A DNA stretch of 64,000 bases from Chromatiales bacterium (GCA_027010265.1 JALVCE010000122.1:681-64680), one strand, 5' to 3'; numbered from the stretch's first letter, positions 9,227-18,849 are shown. Translations and numbers: made by a program. Notes: generated from the sequence alone by a model not told the origin.

Positions 9227-10981
9227 TCATTTCGACGTTTCGGCAGCTGCCTCGCCGAGAGTGAAAAAGAAGGTGGATCCTTGTCCTGGCTCGCTCAAAG
9301 CCCAGATTTGTCCATTGTGTTTATGAATGATGCGTTCGACAATGGCAAGCCCAATACCAGTACCTTCAAATTGAGAATCCTTATGTAATCTCTGGAAAGC
9401 GGTGAAAAGCTTGTCTTTGTATTTCATGTTGAAACCAATGCCATTATCCCGAATGAAATAGACGGGTCGATTGCCCTCATGGCTAAGGCCAAAGGTGATT
9501 TCGGGGTGAGGGTTATTGCCACTGTACTTCCAGGCGTTGCTGATCAGATTGTCCATGGCCAGCTGCAGGAGCTTTTCGTCACCTTGAACAATGACATCGT
9601 CATGTATGTTAATCGAAATATCCGTGTTGGGCTGGTATTCGCGCATGGTCAGTGTCGCATTTCTGACGAGCCTGGACAGATTGGTCGTGCGTCGCTTGAG
9701 TGAAGCCCGGGTGATCCTCGATAGGTTTAGCAGGTCATCGATGATACTGCCCATCTTTTTTGCCGCAGCTGTCGTGCGGCTTAAATAGGATAATGCTTCA
9801 TCATCCAGTGACTGAGTATATTCGTCCTGTAATATCTGGCTGAAGCCATTTATGCTTCGCAAGGGGGCTCGAAGGTCGTGTGATACCGAATAGCAAAATG
9901 CCTCGAGTTCGTCGGTTAATTCAAGTTGACGTTGGTAGGCTTCGGATAATTTTTCTGTTTTCTCGAGTAATTCATCGGTTTTACGTTCAACCTCTTTTTC
10001 AATAATATCGTTCTGATTGGTGAGTAAGGTATTTATTCGTTTGTGTGAAAGGATAATTTTTAACACCAGTAGAGTGACTATCAGACCAATGAAAAAAACA
10101 AAAAAAGGAAGTAAGAGGCTGGTTTGAAAAATCGATTGGGCGCGCGTGACATGGACGCCGACAGCCTGATTTGACAATGCAATCGTGAAGCGTTCCGAGA
10201 AAGCCACGTCCATTAGGTTATCTGGTCCCCCATCCCCGTTTTTGGCAATAAGTGATCCATTCAGGGTGATGCTGATGTTGTCGTCGGAATTGTCTGGGAT
10301 GAGGAAGTCGGGATTGATCATGTATAAAAGAATGCCGAAAATATTCTTCGTGTCCGATTGACCCCTGATGATATTGTTGCCTATTTGTAAAAGACGTATG
10401 GCATACAGCGCATGTTTTCCCTGTAAAGTGGGGGTGAGGATGAGTTTCCCCGGTTGCTGTTGAGTGGAGAGAATGGCGCTTCTGATGCTGGGGTGAGTGA
10501 GGAGATCCCGGCCAAACCAAATGGAGTTCTTTACCGTGTATGGGGTTATATATCTGATGGGGAACAGGGGGTTTTCCTTCGCTCCCATGTTTATTTCAGA
10601 GTCCGGAAAAGGCTTTATCAGGAAACCGGTGTAGCCCTGATCTCTGAGATTCTTCTCATAGGCGGGTTTGTCTTGCTGGGCCACTCTTTCGGCATAAATA
10701 ATTTCCACAATAAAAGGGTTCTGGCGCAGATGGGACTGGGCAAAGAATTCAAACTCATCTTTGTCAATTTCGCCTTCCTGATAGAAGAGGGCGCCAAGTT
10801 CTTCGTTTACACGCTCCAGTGTAGTAAACGATGCCTCAATCTTATTGAAAATATTATTTGCACCGGTTTGAAATAAAAGGTTTTCTTTTTCCAGTTCATA
10901 CTTCAGAAAAGCGAAGGAGAACGAAAGACTCAGGATCAACCCCAATAGAAAGATGGTTTTCGTTCCTGGCGGATTTCTCAT
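9227..10981 (-). CDS. sensor histidine kinase with CHASE-like periplasmic domain
   Basis: TM, a ~260-aa periplasmic domain (PLFPIRYITPY), TM, coiled coil, the H-box FCYSVSHDLRAPLRSI, and HATPase N/G boxes (NAWKY, DNGIGF, GTGIGL). No receiver domain or response regulator is nearby. Codon usage is AT-richer than the flanks. Confidence 0.85.
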   Translation of the reverse strand: MRNPPGTKTIFLLGLILSLSFSFAFLKYELEKENLLFQTGANNIFNKIEASFTTLERVNEELGALFYQEGEIDKDEFEFFAQSHLRQNPFIVEIIYAERVAQQDKPAYEKNLRDQGYTGFLIKPFPDSEINMGAKENPLFPIRYITPYTVKNSIWFGRDLLTHPSIRSAILSTQQQPGKLILTPTLQGKHALYAIRLLQIGNNIIRGQSDTKNIFGILLYMINPDFLIPDNSDDNISITLNGSLIAKNGDGGPDNLMDVAFSERFTIALSNQAVGVHVTRAQSIFQTSLLLPFFVFFIGLIVTLLVLKIILSHKRINTLLTNQNDIIEKEVERKTDELLEKTEKLSEAYQRQLELTDELEAFCYSVSHDLRAPLRSINGFSQILQDEYTQSLDDEALSYLSRTTAAAKKMGSIIDDLLNLSRITRASLKRRTTNLSRLVRNATLTMREYQPNTDISINIHDDVIVQGDEKLLQLAMDNLISNAWKYSGNNPHPEITFGLSHEGNRPVYFIRDNGIGFNMKYKDKLFTAFQRLHKDSQFEGTGIGLAIVERIIHKHNGQIWALSEPGQGSTFFFTLGEAAAETSK

Positions 10982-10990
10982 GGTTGTTGG

Positions 10991-11950
10991 CTACCAGGCA
11001 CTTGATGCCCTTTTTAAGGTGTTTTTATCAAGCTTTATATTTGCATGCTGAAGTAATTCAAGGTTAACGAAAAGCTCCCACTCCCGGTTAATGGTAATAG
11101 GGATATTGCTAATGGGAGTCCCATTCAATACCTCTATGGCAACCTGTGCTGCCCAGCGACCATGCTCTTCGGGTTTTTTCGTCAGTCCGAGCATGGCATA
11201 GGGCATCATCCATCGGTAATTGGTGACGGTAAGTTTTTTGCTGTGCTGATAGACAATCTTTTTCGCTGTATCAGGATCCCAGTCGACAATACCGGCAAAG
11301 TTGTTCACGATGATAAAATCGGACTTTTGCGATTCCCTGTAGTAGGAGATCCAGTCCTTCATGGTCTTCACGAAATACCCCGTCAGTTTGACGCCATGCT
11401 CCCGGTAGATTTTTTTATAGCGTTTGAAATCCTTGTGTTCCGTAATTACATCCGACGACAAATAGACGCCATGTTTGACATTGTGTACATTGCTTTTGAT
11501 GATTTTCAGTAGCGGTACAATGGGCACGACCTCGATCATTCCCGTTACATTTTTATAGGGAAAGCCGTATTCTTCCGCTGTCCAGTTGATGCCACAAAAT
11601 ACAAAAGGGATATCAGAGCCTTTGTACTGTGTGACAAGGTATTTTGCCGCATTATCATCACAAGCAATGACGACATCGGGCCTGAAGGAGGAAATGAGCG
11701 CACTTGCTTCCGCGGCCTTTTTGCGAATAAAACTCACGGAGGTATTGCGTTTGCTGTCCATGAAAAACTTCTTGAGCAGGCAGCGTCCCTTAAGAGTTTC
11801 TTCGACTCCTTTCTCAATACCATCATTCCAGGCATACCCCTTGTGATAGGACATGACCAGCAGGCATCGATGCTCCGCCGGAATGTTTGTGCTGAAGATG
11901 GTTAGGCCAAGGAAGACAATCAAGAATAAACTGTGGCGGTAGATTGTCAT
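10991..11950 (-). CDS. periplasmic ABC_sub_bind-like protein
   Basis: Signal peptide followed by CLLVMSYHKGYAWNDG, which resembles the ABC transporter substrate-binding (PF04392-like) fold often paired with sensor kinases. Family assignment is tentative. Confidence 0.65.
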   Translation of the reverse strand: MTIYRHSLFLIVFLGLTIFSTNIPAEHRCLLVMSYHKGYAWNDGIEKGVEETLKGRCLLKKFFMDSKRNTSVSFIRKKAAEASALISSFRPDVVIACDDNAAKYLVTQYKGSDIPFVFCGINWTAEEYGFPYKNVTGMIEVVPIVPLLKIIKSNVHNVKHGVYLSSDVITEHKDFKRYKKIYREHGVKLTGYFVKTMKDWISYYRESQKSDFIIVNNFAGIVDWDPDTAKKIVYQHSKKLTVTNYRWMMPYAMLGLTKKPEEHGRWAAQVAIEVLNGTPISNIPITINREWELFVNLELLQHANIKLDKNTLKRASSAW

Positions 11951-12046
11951 AGATGTGATCGTCCTGATCGAGGGGGGTGAGGCTCACCTGTCCAGAAGCA
12001 TAGTTCATTTCCATGAAGGGTGCAGAAAAACACTGCATCAGACCGC

Positions 12047-12898
12047 TCAGTGTTCAATATCGAAGAATTCCAGGCACTCATCTGACAGGCACTCCCTGGC
12101 CTTGTCGAGAATGCGTTTTTCCTGGCTTGGCGATAATGTTGCCTTCCCTTCACCCACCTGGCCCTTACGGATAAAGGTGCCGGGCTTGAAAACAGGGTCG
12201 CCACTGGAGCGTTGGGCAGAGAAGCGCTTGTCGTTTTCCTTCATCCATCGGAAGGAGCAGAGTCTGAGGATGTTTTCACGCTGTGCGTCGGTGATATGCC
12301 AGTGCAGAAATGCAAGAATTCTGTCGATGCCGGCGGCAAGGTCTCTTTGCAGGTCTTCGTAGCGCAGCCAGAGTACATTTTCATCATTCCTGTGCGGCCA
12401 CCAACTGCTGACGTTACGATACCAACTGCCGAAGCCGAGCCAGTCATCCAGGTAGGCATCGAAGCTTTCGGGGTCGATCATGCCCATTTGCGCCTTTGAT
12501 TCATCGGTCATGTTCAGACGGTGGTGATAAAAACTCACACAGCAGTCGCGAGGATCCCGGGAGGTGAGAATGATGCGGGCAACACCCGTGCCCGGGGTTT
12601 GTTCATAGGTGCAATGGGTTTTGAAGATGCGCGGGTCGGGGATACGCTCGTAGTCGGCCAGTACCTCGGACCAGTGTCTACCATCGCGGGGGAGTTCCAG
12701 CCACGGTACCACATCATCAATGGATGTAAATGCTTCATCACCGCCGCTGCGCAACTGGTGCAGGATTTGCTGCATCCAGGTGGTACCGGCCTTGGCGGCC
12801 GTGGTGATGAGCACATCCGTGGGGCGCGGCCGGAAGTTTGCCAGCGCATAAGGGTCGTGGGTCGGGTCGGCCTTTCCCCATTTTTTGTCAATCTTCAT
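12047..12898 (-). CDS. PAPS-dependent sulfotransferase (Sulfotransfer_1-like)
   Basis: 5'-PSB loop TTAAKAGTTW and 3'-PB motif TSRDPRDCCVSFYHH. No signal peptide. Confidence 0.8.
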   Translation of the reverse strand: MKIDKKWGKADPTHDPYALANFRPRPTDVLITTAAKAGTTWMQQILHQLRSGGDEAFTSIDDVVPWLELPRDGRHWSEVLADYERIPDPRIFKTHCTYEQTPGTGVARIILTSRDPRDCCVSFYHHRLNMTDESKAQMGMIDPESFDAYLDDWLGFGSWYRNVSSWWPHRNDENVLWLRYEDLQRDLAAGIDRILAFLHWHITDAQRENILRLCSFRWMKENDKRFSAQRSSGDPVFKPGTFIRKGQVGEGKATLSPSQEKRILDKARECLSDECLEFFDIEH

Positions 12899-13016
12899 GT
12901 GCCCGGGAATGCTCCGTTGTAGCCTGCCTGGCGGTCTGGATGGCTTAACGTTTGTCCGTGATTGCCGTATATTGTCGCAATGAGTAGCTGTCTACAAGTC
13001 TTCTTTATGCTGACAC

Positions 13017-13580
13017 ATGGCCGTCTTTGAACGTTACGGGATATTGGAATCTATGAGCCGGGTTGTCCTAATCAGCATTGCCGAACAGCGTTTGCAACTA
13101 CGTGAAAACGATCGTCCGGTAATGGAAGTGGATGTGGCTACGGCCAGGAACGGCCCGGGTGAGATGATGGGCAGCGAGTGCACCCCCCGGGGCTGGCACG
13201 TGGTACGTGCAAAAGTCGGCGCACAGGCAGCAGCGAATACCGTGTTTGCGGGCCGCAGGCAGACGGGAGAAATCTATTCTCCGTTGTTGCGTGAGCGATT
13301 CCCACAGCGCGACTGGATACTTACGCGTATTCTCTGGTTGTCTGGCCTGGAACCTGGCAAAAACCGCCTAGGCAGTGTCGATACAATGCGCCGCTTAATT
13401 TATATTCATGGCTGTCCCGATGAGGATGCCATGGGTATTCCCAGCTCCCATGGCTGTGTAAAAATGCGTAATAGCGAGGTCATTCAGCTGTTTGATCTTG
13501 TGGAGCCTGGGACGCGCGTGTTGATCAGCGAGGCCGGTATGGGTGATGCCGTTAAAGCAGCAAAGGGTTTGTATTATTAA
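13017..13580 (+). CDS. L,D-transpeptidase (YkuD) domain protein
   Basis: Catalytic motif IYIHGCPDE...SSHGCVKMRNSE. Alternative start at MSRV (13053). Confidence 0.8.
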   Translation: MAVFERYGILESMSRVVLISIAEQRLQLRENDRPVMEVDVATARNGPGEMMGSECTPRGWHVVRAKVGAQAAANTVFAGRRQTGEIYSPLLRERFPQRDWILTRILWLSGLEPGKNRLGSVDTMRRLIYIHGCPDEDAMGIPSSHGCVKMRNSEVIQLFDLVEPGTRVLISEAGMGDAVKAAKGLYY

Positions 13581-13829
13581 TCGGCAATTAATATTGCCGG
13601 GTTAAGTAAGAACATCGAAATAGGTTTGAGGAAGCTCTGGTTAATTCCGGGACAGCAAGATTATGACATGAAATTATTCAGAACAAGGTGGGGATCACTG
13701 CCAATAGCGGGACTATGGCAAGATTCGCAACGCCGCGATGGAGGATTTCAGTCGCAAGATCGCGTTCCATGAATTAATCAGAGGTTTCATCAGAAGTAAA
13801 AGCTTTGTGATTTTTTATAGGGAGCAGGG

Positions 13830-16034
13830 ATGACCGATTCAACGGGTGGCCTGTACATCATGCTTGTCAGTGTGCATGGCCTGGTTCGGGGGCACGACTT
13901 GGAGTTGGGACGGGATGCCGACACCGGTGGACAGACAAAATATGTAGTGGAATTGGCTCGCGCTCTGGCGAAACATCCCGATGTGCAACAGGTTGATCTG
14001 CTGACTCGGCAGGTGTTCGACGCCAAGGTCAGCGACGATTACGCCCAGTCCATTGAAATATTAAGTGACAATGAAGGAGAGGGCTTGGCGCGCATCGTGC
14101 GCATCCCCTGCGGGCCACGGCGCTATCTGCGTAAGGAGGTGCTTTGGCCACATCTGGACGCCTTCGTGGATAATGTGCTGCAACACGTGCGTCGGGTGGG
14201 GCGCATTCCCGATTTCATTCATGGCCACTATGCCGATGCGGGCTATGTCGCCACCCGGCTGGCGCAATTATTGGGCGTACCCATGGCCTTCACCGGCCAT
14301 TCCCTGGGGCGGGTCAAACGTCAACGCTTGCTCGAGAAAGGTTTGAAGGAATCCAGTATCGAGGCGCAATATAATCTTTCCCAGCGTATCGAGGCTGAAG
14401 AGATTGCCCTGGGTAACGCCAACCTCATGGTCACCAGCACCCACCAGGAAGTGGAAGAGCAGTATCAGCGTTATGAGAATTATCATCCGCGGCGCATGAC
14501 GGTAATCCCACCGGGTGTGGATCTGGCGCGTTTTCACAGGCCACGGACCCTGGAAGCCACCTCACCCATGAAGGCCGAACTGGCCCGTTTTCTTAAACAT
14601 CCGAGAAAGCCTCTGGTGTTGGCCATCGCCCGCCCTGATGAACGCAAGAACCTCGCCACCCTGGTGCGCGCCTTTGGTGAGAATCCGGCACTGCGCGAGA
14701 TGGCCAATCTGGTGATCGTGGCGGGCAACCGTGATGACATTTCTGAGTTGGACAAGGGAGCGCGGGAAGTGCTCACCCAACTGTTGATATTATTCGACAA
14801 GTATGATCTGTATGGCAACGTGGCCTATCCCAAGCATCACGAACCGGAACACGTCGAAGACCTCTATCGCATGGCGGCAAAGAGCAAGGGGGTATTTGTC
14901 AACCCGGCACTCACCGAGCCTTTTGGTCTTACTCTCATCGAGGCAGCGGCCTGTGGCCTGCCGATTATTGCTACGGAAGATGGTGGCCCGAAGGACATCG
15001 TTGCCCTGTGCAAGAATGGTGTACTGATAGATCCCTTGGATGCCGATGCTCTGGGCAAGACCATACTTGGTGCACTCAGTGACCGGCGCCGCTGGAACCA
15101 ATGGTCAAGAAACGGGGTAAAGGGGGCGCATGCGCATTTTTCCTGGGAAAGCCATGTCAACACCTATGTGGCGATCATCAAGCGGATTATTGTTAAACCC
15201 CGCCAGGCCAATCACAAAATTGCGACGCGCAAAAAAACGCGCCTGCCAATCATCGATCGCATTCTGGTGTGTGATATCGATGATACCCTACTGGGAGATG
15301 CAAAGGCGCTCAAAGCCCTGCTGAATACCATCAAGGAAGGGCGAAAAATCAGGGATATGCACAAGGTGGGCCTGGCCTTCGCCACCGGCCGCCGCCTGGA
15401 GAGCGCCGAGCAGGTCATACGCGAGAAAGAACTGCCCATGCCGGATTTTCTGATTTCATCGGTGGGCAGTGAAATCCATTATGGCCATGGCATGCTGGAG
15501 GACTATGCCTGGAAGCAGCATATCAATTACCGCTGGAAGCCCGTAGAGCTGCGCCAGGCATTGGTGGATGTCCCCGGCCTGACCTTGCAGCCGGAAGAGG
15601 CACAGCGCGAACACAAGGTCAGTTATTATATCGACCCCCAAAAGGCCCCCAGCCTGCGTGAAATCCAGGCCCATCTACGGCATCTGGATTTGCACGCCAA
15701 ACTTATTTTCTCACACGGTGAGTTTCTCGACCTGTTGCCGGTGCGCGCCTCCAAGGGTTTGGCCATTCGTTACTTGTCCATCAAGTGGGGGCTGCCGCCG
15801 GAACGCATCCTGGTGGCGGGGGATTCCGGTAACGACGAGGATATGCTGCGCGGTAACACCTTGGGGCTGGTGGTGGGAAATTACAGCAAGGAACTGTCGC
15901 GTCTCAAAGGGCGCGAGCGCATCTACTTTGCCAAAGGCCATTTTGCCTGGGGTATCATGGAAGGTATGCAGCATTACGATTTTCTTGGGGACCTCGTTAT
16001 CCCCACTGAAGAAACCAGGGCAGGTGAAAAATGA
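13830..16034 (+). CDS. sps: sucrose-phosphate synthase with C-terminal sucrose-phosphatase-like HAD domain
   Basis: GT4-type N-terminal domain (DTGGQTKYVVELARAL, EPFGLTLIEAAACGLP). The C-terminal HAD domain has intact motifs: DIDDT, ATGR, GDSGNDEDM. Confidence 0.9.
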   Translation: MTDSTGGLYIMLVSVHGLVRGHDLELGRDADTGGQTKYVVELARALAKHPDVQQVDLLTRQVFDAKVSDDYAQSIEILSDNEGEGLARIVRIPCGPRRYLRKEVLWPHLDAFVDNVLQHVRRVGRIPDFIHGHYADAGYVATRLAQLLGVPMAFTGHSLGRVKRQRLLEKGLKESSIEAQYNLSQRIEAEEIALGNANLMVTSTHQEVEEQYQRYENYHPRRMTVIPPGVDLARFHRPRTLEATSPMKAELARFLKHPRKPLVLAIARPDERKNLATLVRAFGENPALREMANLVIVAGNRDDISELDKGAREVLTQLLILFDKYDLYGNVAYPKHHEPEHVEDLYRMAAKSKGVFVNPALTEPFGLTLIEAAACGLPIIATEDGGPKDIVALCKNGVLIDPLDADALGKTILGALSDRRRWNQWSRNGVKGAHAHFSWESHVNTYVAIIKRIIVKPRQANHKIATRKKTRLPIIDRILVCDIDDTLLGDAKALKALLNTIKEGRKIRDMHKVGLAFATGRRLESAEQVIREKELPMPDFLISSVGSEIHYGHGMLEDYAWKQHINYRWKPVELRQALVDVPGLTLQPEEAQREHKVSYYIDPQKAPSLREIQAHLRHLDLHAKLIFSHGEFLDLLPVRASKGLAIRYLSIKWGLPPERILVAGDSGNDEDMLRGNTLGLVVGNYSKELSRLKGRERIYFAKGHFAWGIMEGMQHYDFLGDLVIPTEETRAGEK

Positions 16035-16888
16035 ACCAGCAACGCCCCGTGATATTTGGAGAAGTCCTGTTCGATTGTTTTCCCAACGCCAAGACGGTGC
16101 TGGGTGGCGCGCCATTCAACGTAGCCTGGCATTTACAAAACAGGGACTGTGAACCACTGCTGATCAGCAGTGTGGGAAACGACAAAAACGGCGAAGCCGT
16201 GCGTCAGGCCATGAGTAAACAGGGCATGGACACTGTGGGTCTGCAAACCAGTGAACACTATCCCACCGGCCAGGTGGTCGTATCTATAGAGGCTGGTCAG
16301 CCCAGTTACGAGATCGTCACCGACCAGGCCTATGATCATATCGACCACCGGCATGCCTTACAGCTACTGGAGAAGCTCACACCCGCGCTGATTTATCATG
16401 GCAGCCTGGCCCTGCGTAACGCCGCTTCACGCGCGGCTCTGGACGCCATTGTCGAAAACGCCCGTGCGCCGGTATTTCTGGACGTTAATCTGCGTGATCC
16501 CTGGTGGGACATGGCGCTTCTGAAGGCCATTCTGCAACGCGCCACCTGGGTCAAACTTAACGACGAGGAGTTGTGCACCATCAGCGGCCAACCCGTGAGC
16601 AATGGCCCCGAATTACAGACTTATGCAAAAAACATATTCACTGACTCTCGGCTGGAAAGTCTCATTGTTACCCGGGGCGACAAGGGTGCATTTGTCGTCT
16701 GCGAAGAAGGTATCGTGGAGGGGGCCCCCGTGCCGGTGGAAAATGTCGTGGACACCGTTGGTGCTGGGGACGCCTTCAGCGCCATATGCATCGAAGGCAT
16801 CATAAAAAAACGCCCCATCGTAGACACCCTCGATCAGGCCCTGACCTTTGCGGCACGGATTTGCCAGCAACAGGGAGCAACGGGCTAG
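16031..16888 (+). CDS. PfkB-family sugar kinase (probable fructokinase)
   Basis: Overlaps the sps stop by 4 nt (ATGA). Has GGAPFNVA and the C-terminal DTVGAGDAF ribokinase-family motif. Confidence 0.8.
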   Translation: MNQQRPVIFGEVLFDCFPNAKTVLGGAPFNVAWHLQNRDCEPLLISSVGNDKNGEAVRQAMSKQGMDTVGLQTSEHYPTGQVVVSIEAGQPSYEIVTDQAYDHIDHRHALQLLEKLTPALIYHGSLALRNAASRAALDAIVENARAPVFLDVNLRDPWWDMALLKAILQRATWVKLNDEELCTISGQPVSNGPELQTYAKNIFTDSRLESLIVTRGDKGAFVVCEEGIVEGAPVPVENVVDTVGAGDAFSAICIEGIIKKRPIVDTLDQALTFAARICQQQGATG

Positions 16889-16939
16889 GGGTCAGAGAAC
16901 AATTGTTCCTAATATTAGGAACAATTGTTCTCTGACCCC
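16888..16939. terminator. perfect 52-bp palindrome between convergent genes (bidirectional terminator candidate)
   Basis: GGGGTCAGAGAACAATTGTTCCTAAT | ATTAGGAACAATTGTTCTCTGACCCC. Each arm contains the 12-bp palindrome GAACAATTGTTC. Confidence 0.7.
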
Positions 16940-17526
16940 CGTTTTGATGTATTGAAAAAGGATGCCTTTGAGTTTTCCTTGATCATTGCACTTATCCTGC
17001 TGTCGGAATAGTCCATGGACGTATTGCTTCCCAAAATGTCTTTGCGTATCTGCAACGACAAAGATCCCAGTGATTCACTGAGCAGAGACATATCACCGCT
17101 GAAACTGTTGTCATCGGATATGGAACTGATCACCCCCAGAAAGGATTGATACTCATCAATGACCTCTGGTGAAGCAATCACCGCCAGTTTGTGTGTAACA
17201 AATTGCAGACGAATCAGCTCTTTATTCGTAAAATGATCCAGAAGAGCCATCTCCTCCAGAAGGTCAAGAAGAAGCTGATAAGTTGATGTCTTTATTTCCA
17301 GATAGCGAACACGTTGTTCCTTTTCAATCTCGATTTCAGTCTGCTTGTTAAGTAGCAATGAAGTAATGAAAATTGTCGCAAGTGTGCCTAGGATTATTAG
17401 AACGATTTCCTGCGTAAATGGGAAATGGTCAGTCACTTCATAGGCATAGCGCAGATAGGCGTAACCAGAAATCAGTGTAACCGATGCCATCGATAGATAA
17501 ACAAGATTTAATAATCGTTTGCTCAA
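16915..17526 (-). CDS. hypothetical membrane protein (AT-rich orphan)
   Basis: 203-aa ORF with two N-terminal TM spans and no recognisable motifs. Its last 8 codons lie inside the 52-bp palindrome. Confidence 0.5.
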   Translation of the reverse strand: MSKRLLNLVYLSMASVTLISGYAYLRYAYEVTDHFPFTQEIVLIILGTLATIFITSLLLNKQTEIEIEKEQRVRYLEIKTSTYQLLLDLLEEMALLDHFTNKELIRLQFVTHKLAVIASPEVIDEYQSFLGVISSISDDNSFSGDMSLLSESLGSLSLQIRKDILGSNTSMDYSDSRISAMIKENSKASFFNTSKRGSENNCS

Positions 17527-17747
17527 GAGAGTTTCCTCGATACTTGCTTAAATGCCTTTATGCGCCATAGAAGAAATGCTTCAAATCCAAGGAATCTATG
17601 ATCAATTAAATGAACGTGTATCTTGTGCCTATCTATCGTATGCCCATGCGCCCGGCCAGCACTACGCTGGTATGTAAAGTCACTTGAATTGTTGGCAGTC
17701 GGCGTACAGTTCTTGTGACCGCCAGTCTTACCAGGCACTGGGTGCGC

Positions 17748-18575
17748 TTAGTGAATCGACGGATGTGTCTTGTGATGGGCCGGTTCCACGCCAGGGGTGG
17801 ATTCCGCACCGAGATGGGCGTCCTCTTCCTCGTGCTGCTTTCTTTTTTCGGCCGCCTTGGCATCCAAGGTGGCGAGCTCTTCGGCGCTGATGGCAGGGGT
17901 GTCGGTCTTTTTGTCCTTGGCAGGCCCGGCGCTGGTTTCTTCTGCATAAGTGTTTGCTGATGGGCCTCCGGCAAGGGCCTCAGCTGTGGGCTCGATAATG
18001 CCGGCCTCGGCGGCGTGCTGGCCTTCGCTCATGGCGTCTGTACTGTGACTGGCCTGTGTGGCCCTAATATTTTCAGCTTCCTGCGGTTTTTCTCCTTCGT
18101 GCAAACCTTCGGTGTTGACCATGCCTTCGGCGCCCAATGTGGTATTGGCTTCGGATTCTGTGGCGCTGTCGCTGGTGGTGGCGACTGCAGCGTTTGCCTT
18201 TTCGGTATTCGGCTCGGCATTCAGGCTGCCTTCTTCATCTGTCGTACCGGCGGCGAGGATCTTTTTCTCCGGCAGGTCAAGAGCGCTGATGCGGGTCTTC
18301 TCGTTACAGAGCGTCTGCGCGCCGCTGGCGAGGTGTTCGTAGACCTCGCGGTAGTCGTCGGTGAGCTTGTTGAACAGCAGGGAAGTCTTGAGGAAGTGGC
18401 GATGCACGTCTTCCTGGTAATCGTTGAGCTTGTTTTGCGTGGCTTCCAGTTGCTGTTCCAGCTCCAGGGTGCGTTTGTCCTTGATCTGCCGGGCGATGAA
18501 ATAGCCCGCGCCGCCGCCGATGGCGAACACTATGGCGCCGCCCAGCCATCCCAGTACCGATATCTCGCCGAACAT
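17748..18575 (-). CDS. YhcB/ZapG-like (DUF1043) membrane protein with long acidic low-complexity tail
   Basis: N-terminal TM plus a coiled coil resembling E. coli YhcB (..LNDYQEDVHRHFLKTSLLFNKLTDDYREVYEHL..), followed by a ~170-aa E/A/T-rich tail. Start taken at MFGEI. Confidence 0.7.
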   Translation of the reverse strand: MFGEISVLGWLGGAIVFAIGGGAGYFIARQIKDKRTLELEQQLEATQNKLNDYQEDVHRHFLKTSLLFNKLTDDYREVYEHLASGAQTLCNEKTRISALDLPEKKILAAGTTDEEGSLNAEPNTEKANAAVATTSDSATESEANTTLGAEGMVNTEGLHEGEKPQEAENIRATQASHSTDAMSEGQHAAEAGIIEPTAEALAGGPSANTYAEETSAGPAKDKKTDTPAISAEELATLDAKAAEKRKQHEEEDAHLGAESTPGVEPAHHKTHPSIH

Positions 18576-18821
18576 GGTGTACCTCCTCAAACGTCGTGGA
18601 TAGATCCATGCTAACGGATGTAGCGTGGGCCTGTCATGCGCTTTTTGGGGATTTCCCGGGGTGTCTGGCTTTGGGTCTTATGGGGGCAGCATAAATGCCG
18701 GGTTTGATTGTTGAGCAAAAAACTAGGGAAATTGGTGTCTTGGCACAGGGGGGAAGGCGGCTATTACCCCTTCAAATTTGAGGTAGATAGGGCAGCGTAT
18801 TGGCCCGCCAGAAAATTAGAC

Positions 18822-18849
18822 TTGCATAGTGAAAACTACTGTATATAAT
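18822..18849 (+). promoter_or_regulatory. candidate sigma70 promoter of lexA
   Basis: TTGCAT (18822-18827), 16-nt spacer, TATAAT (18844-18849). Overlaps SOS box 1. Confidence 0.55.
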
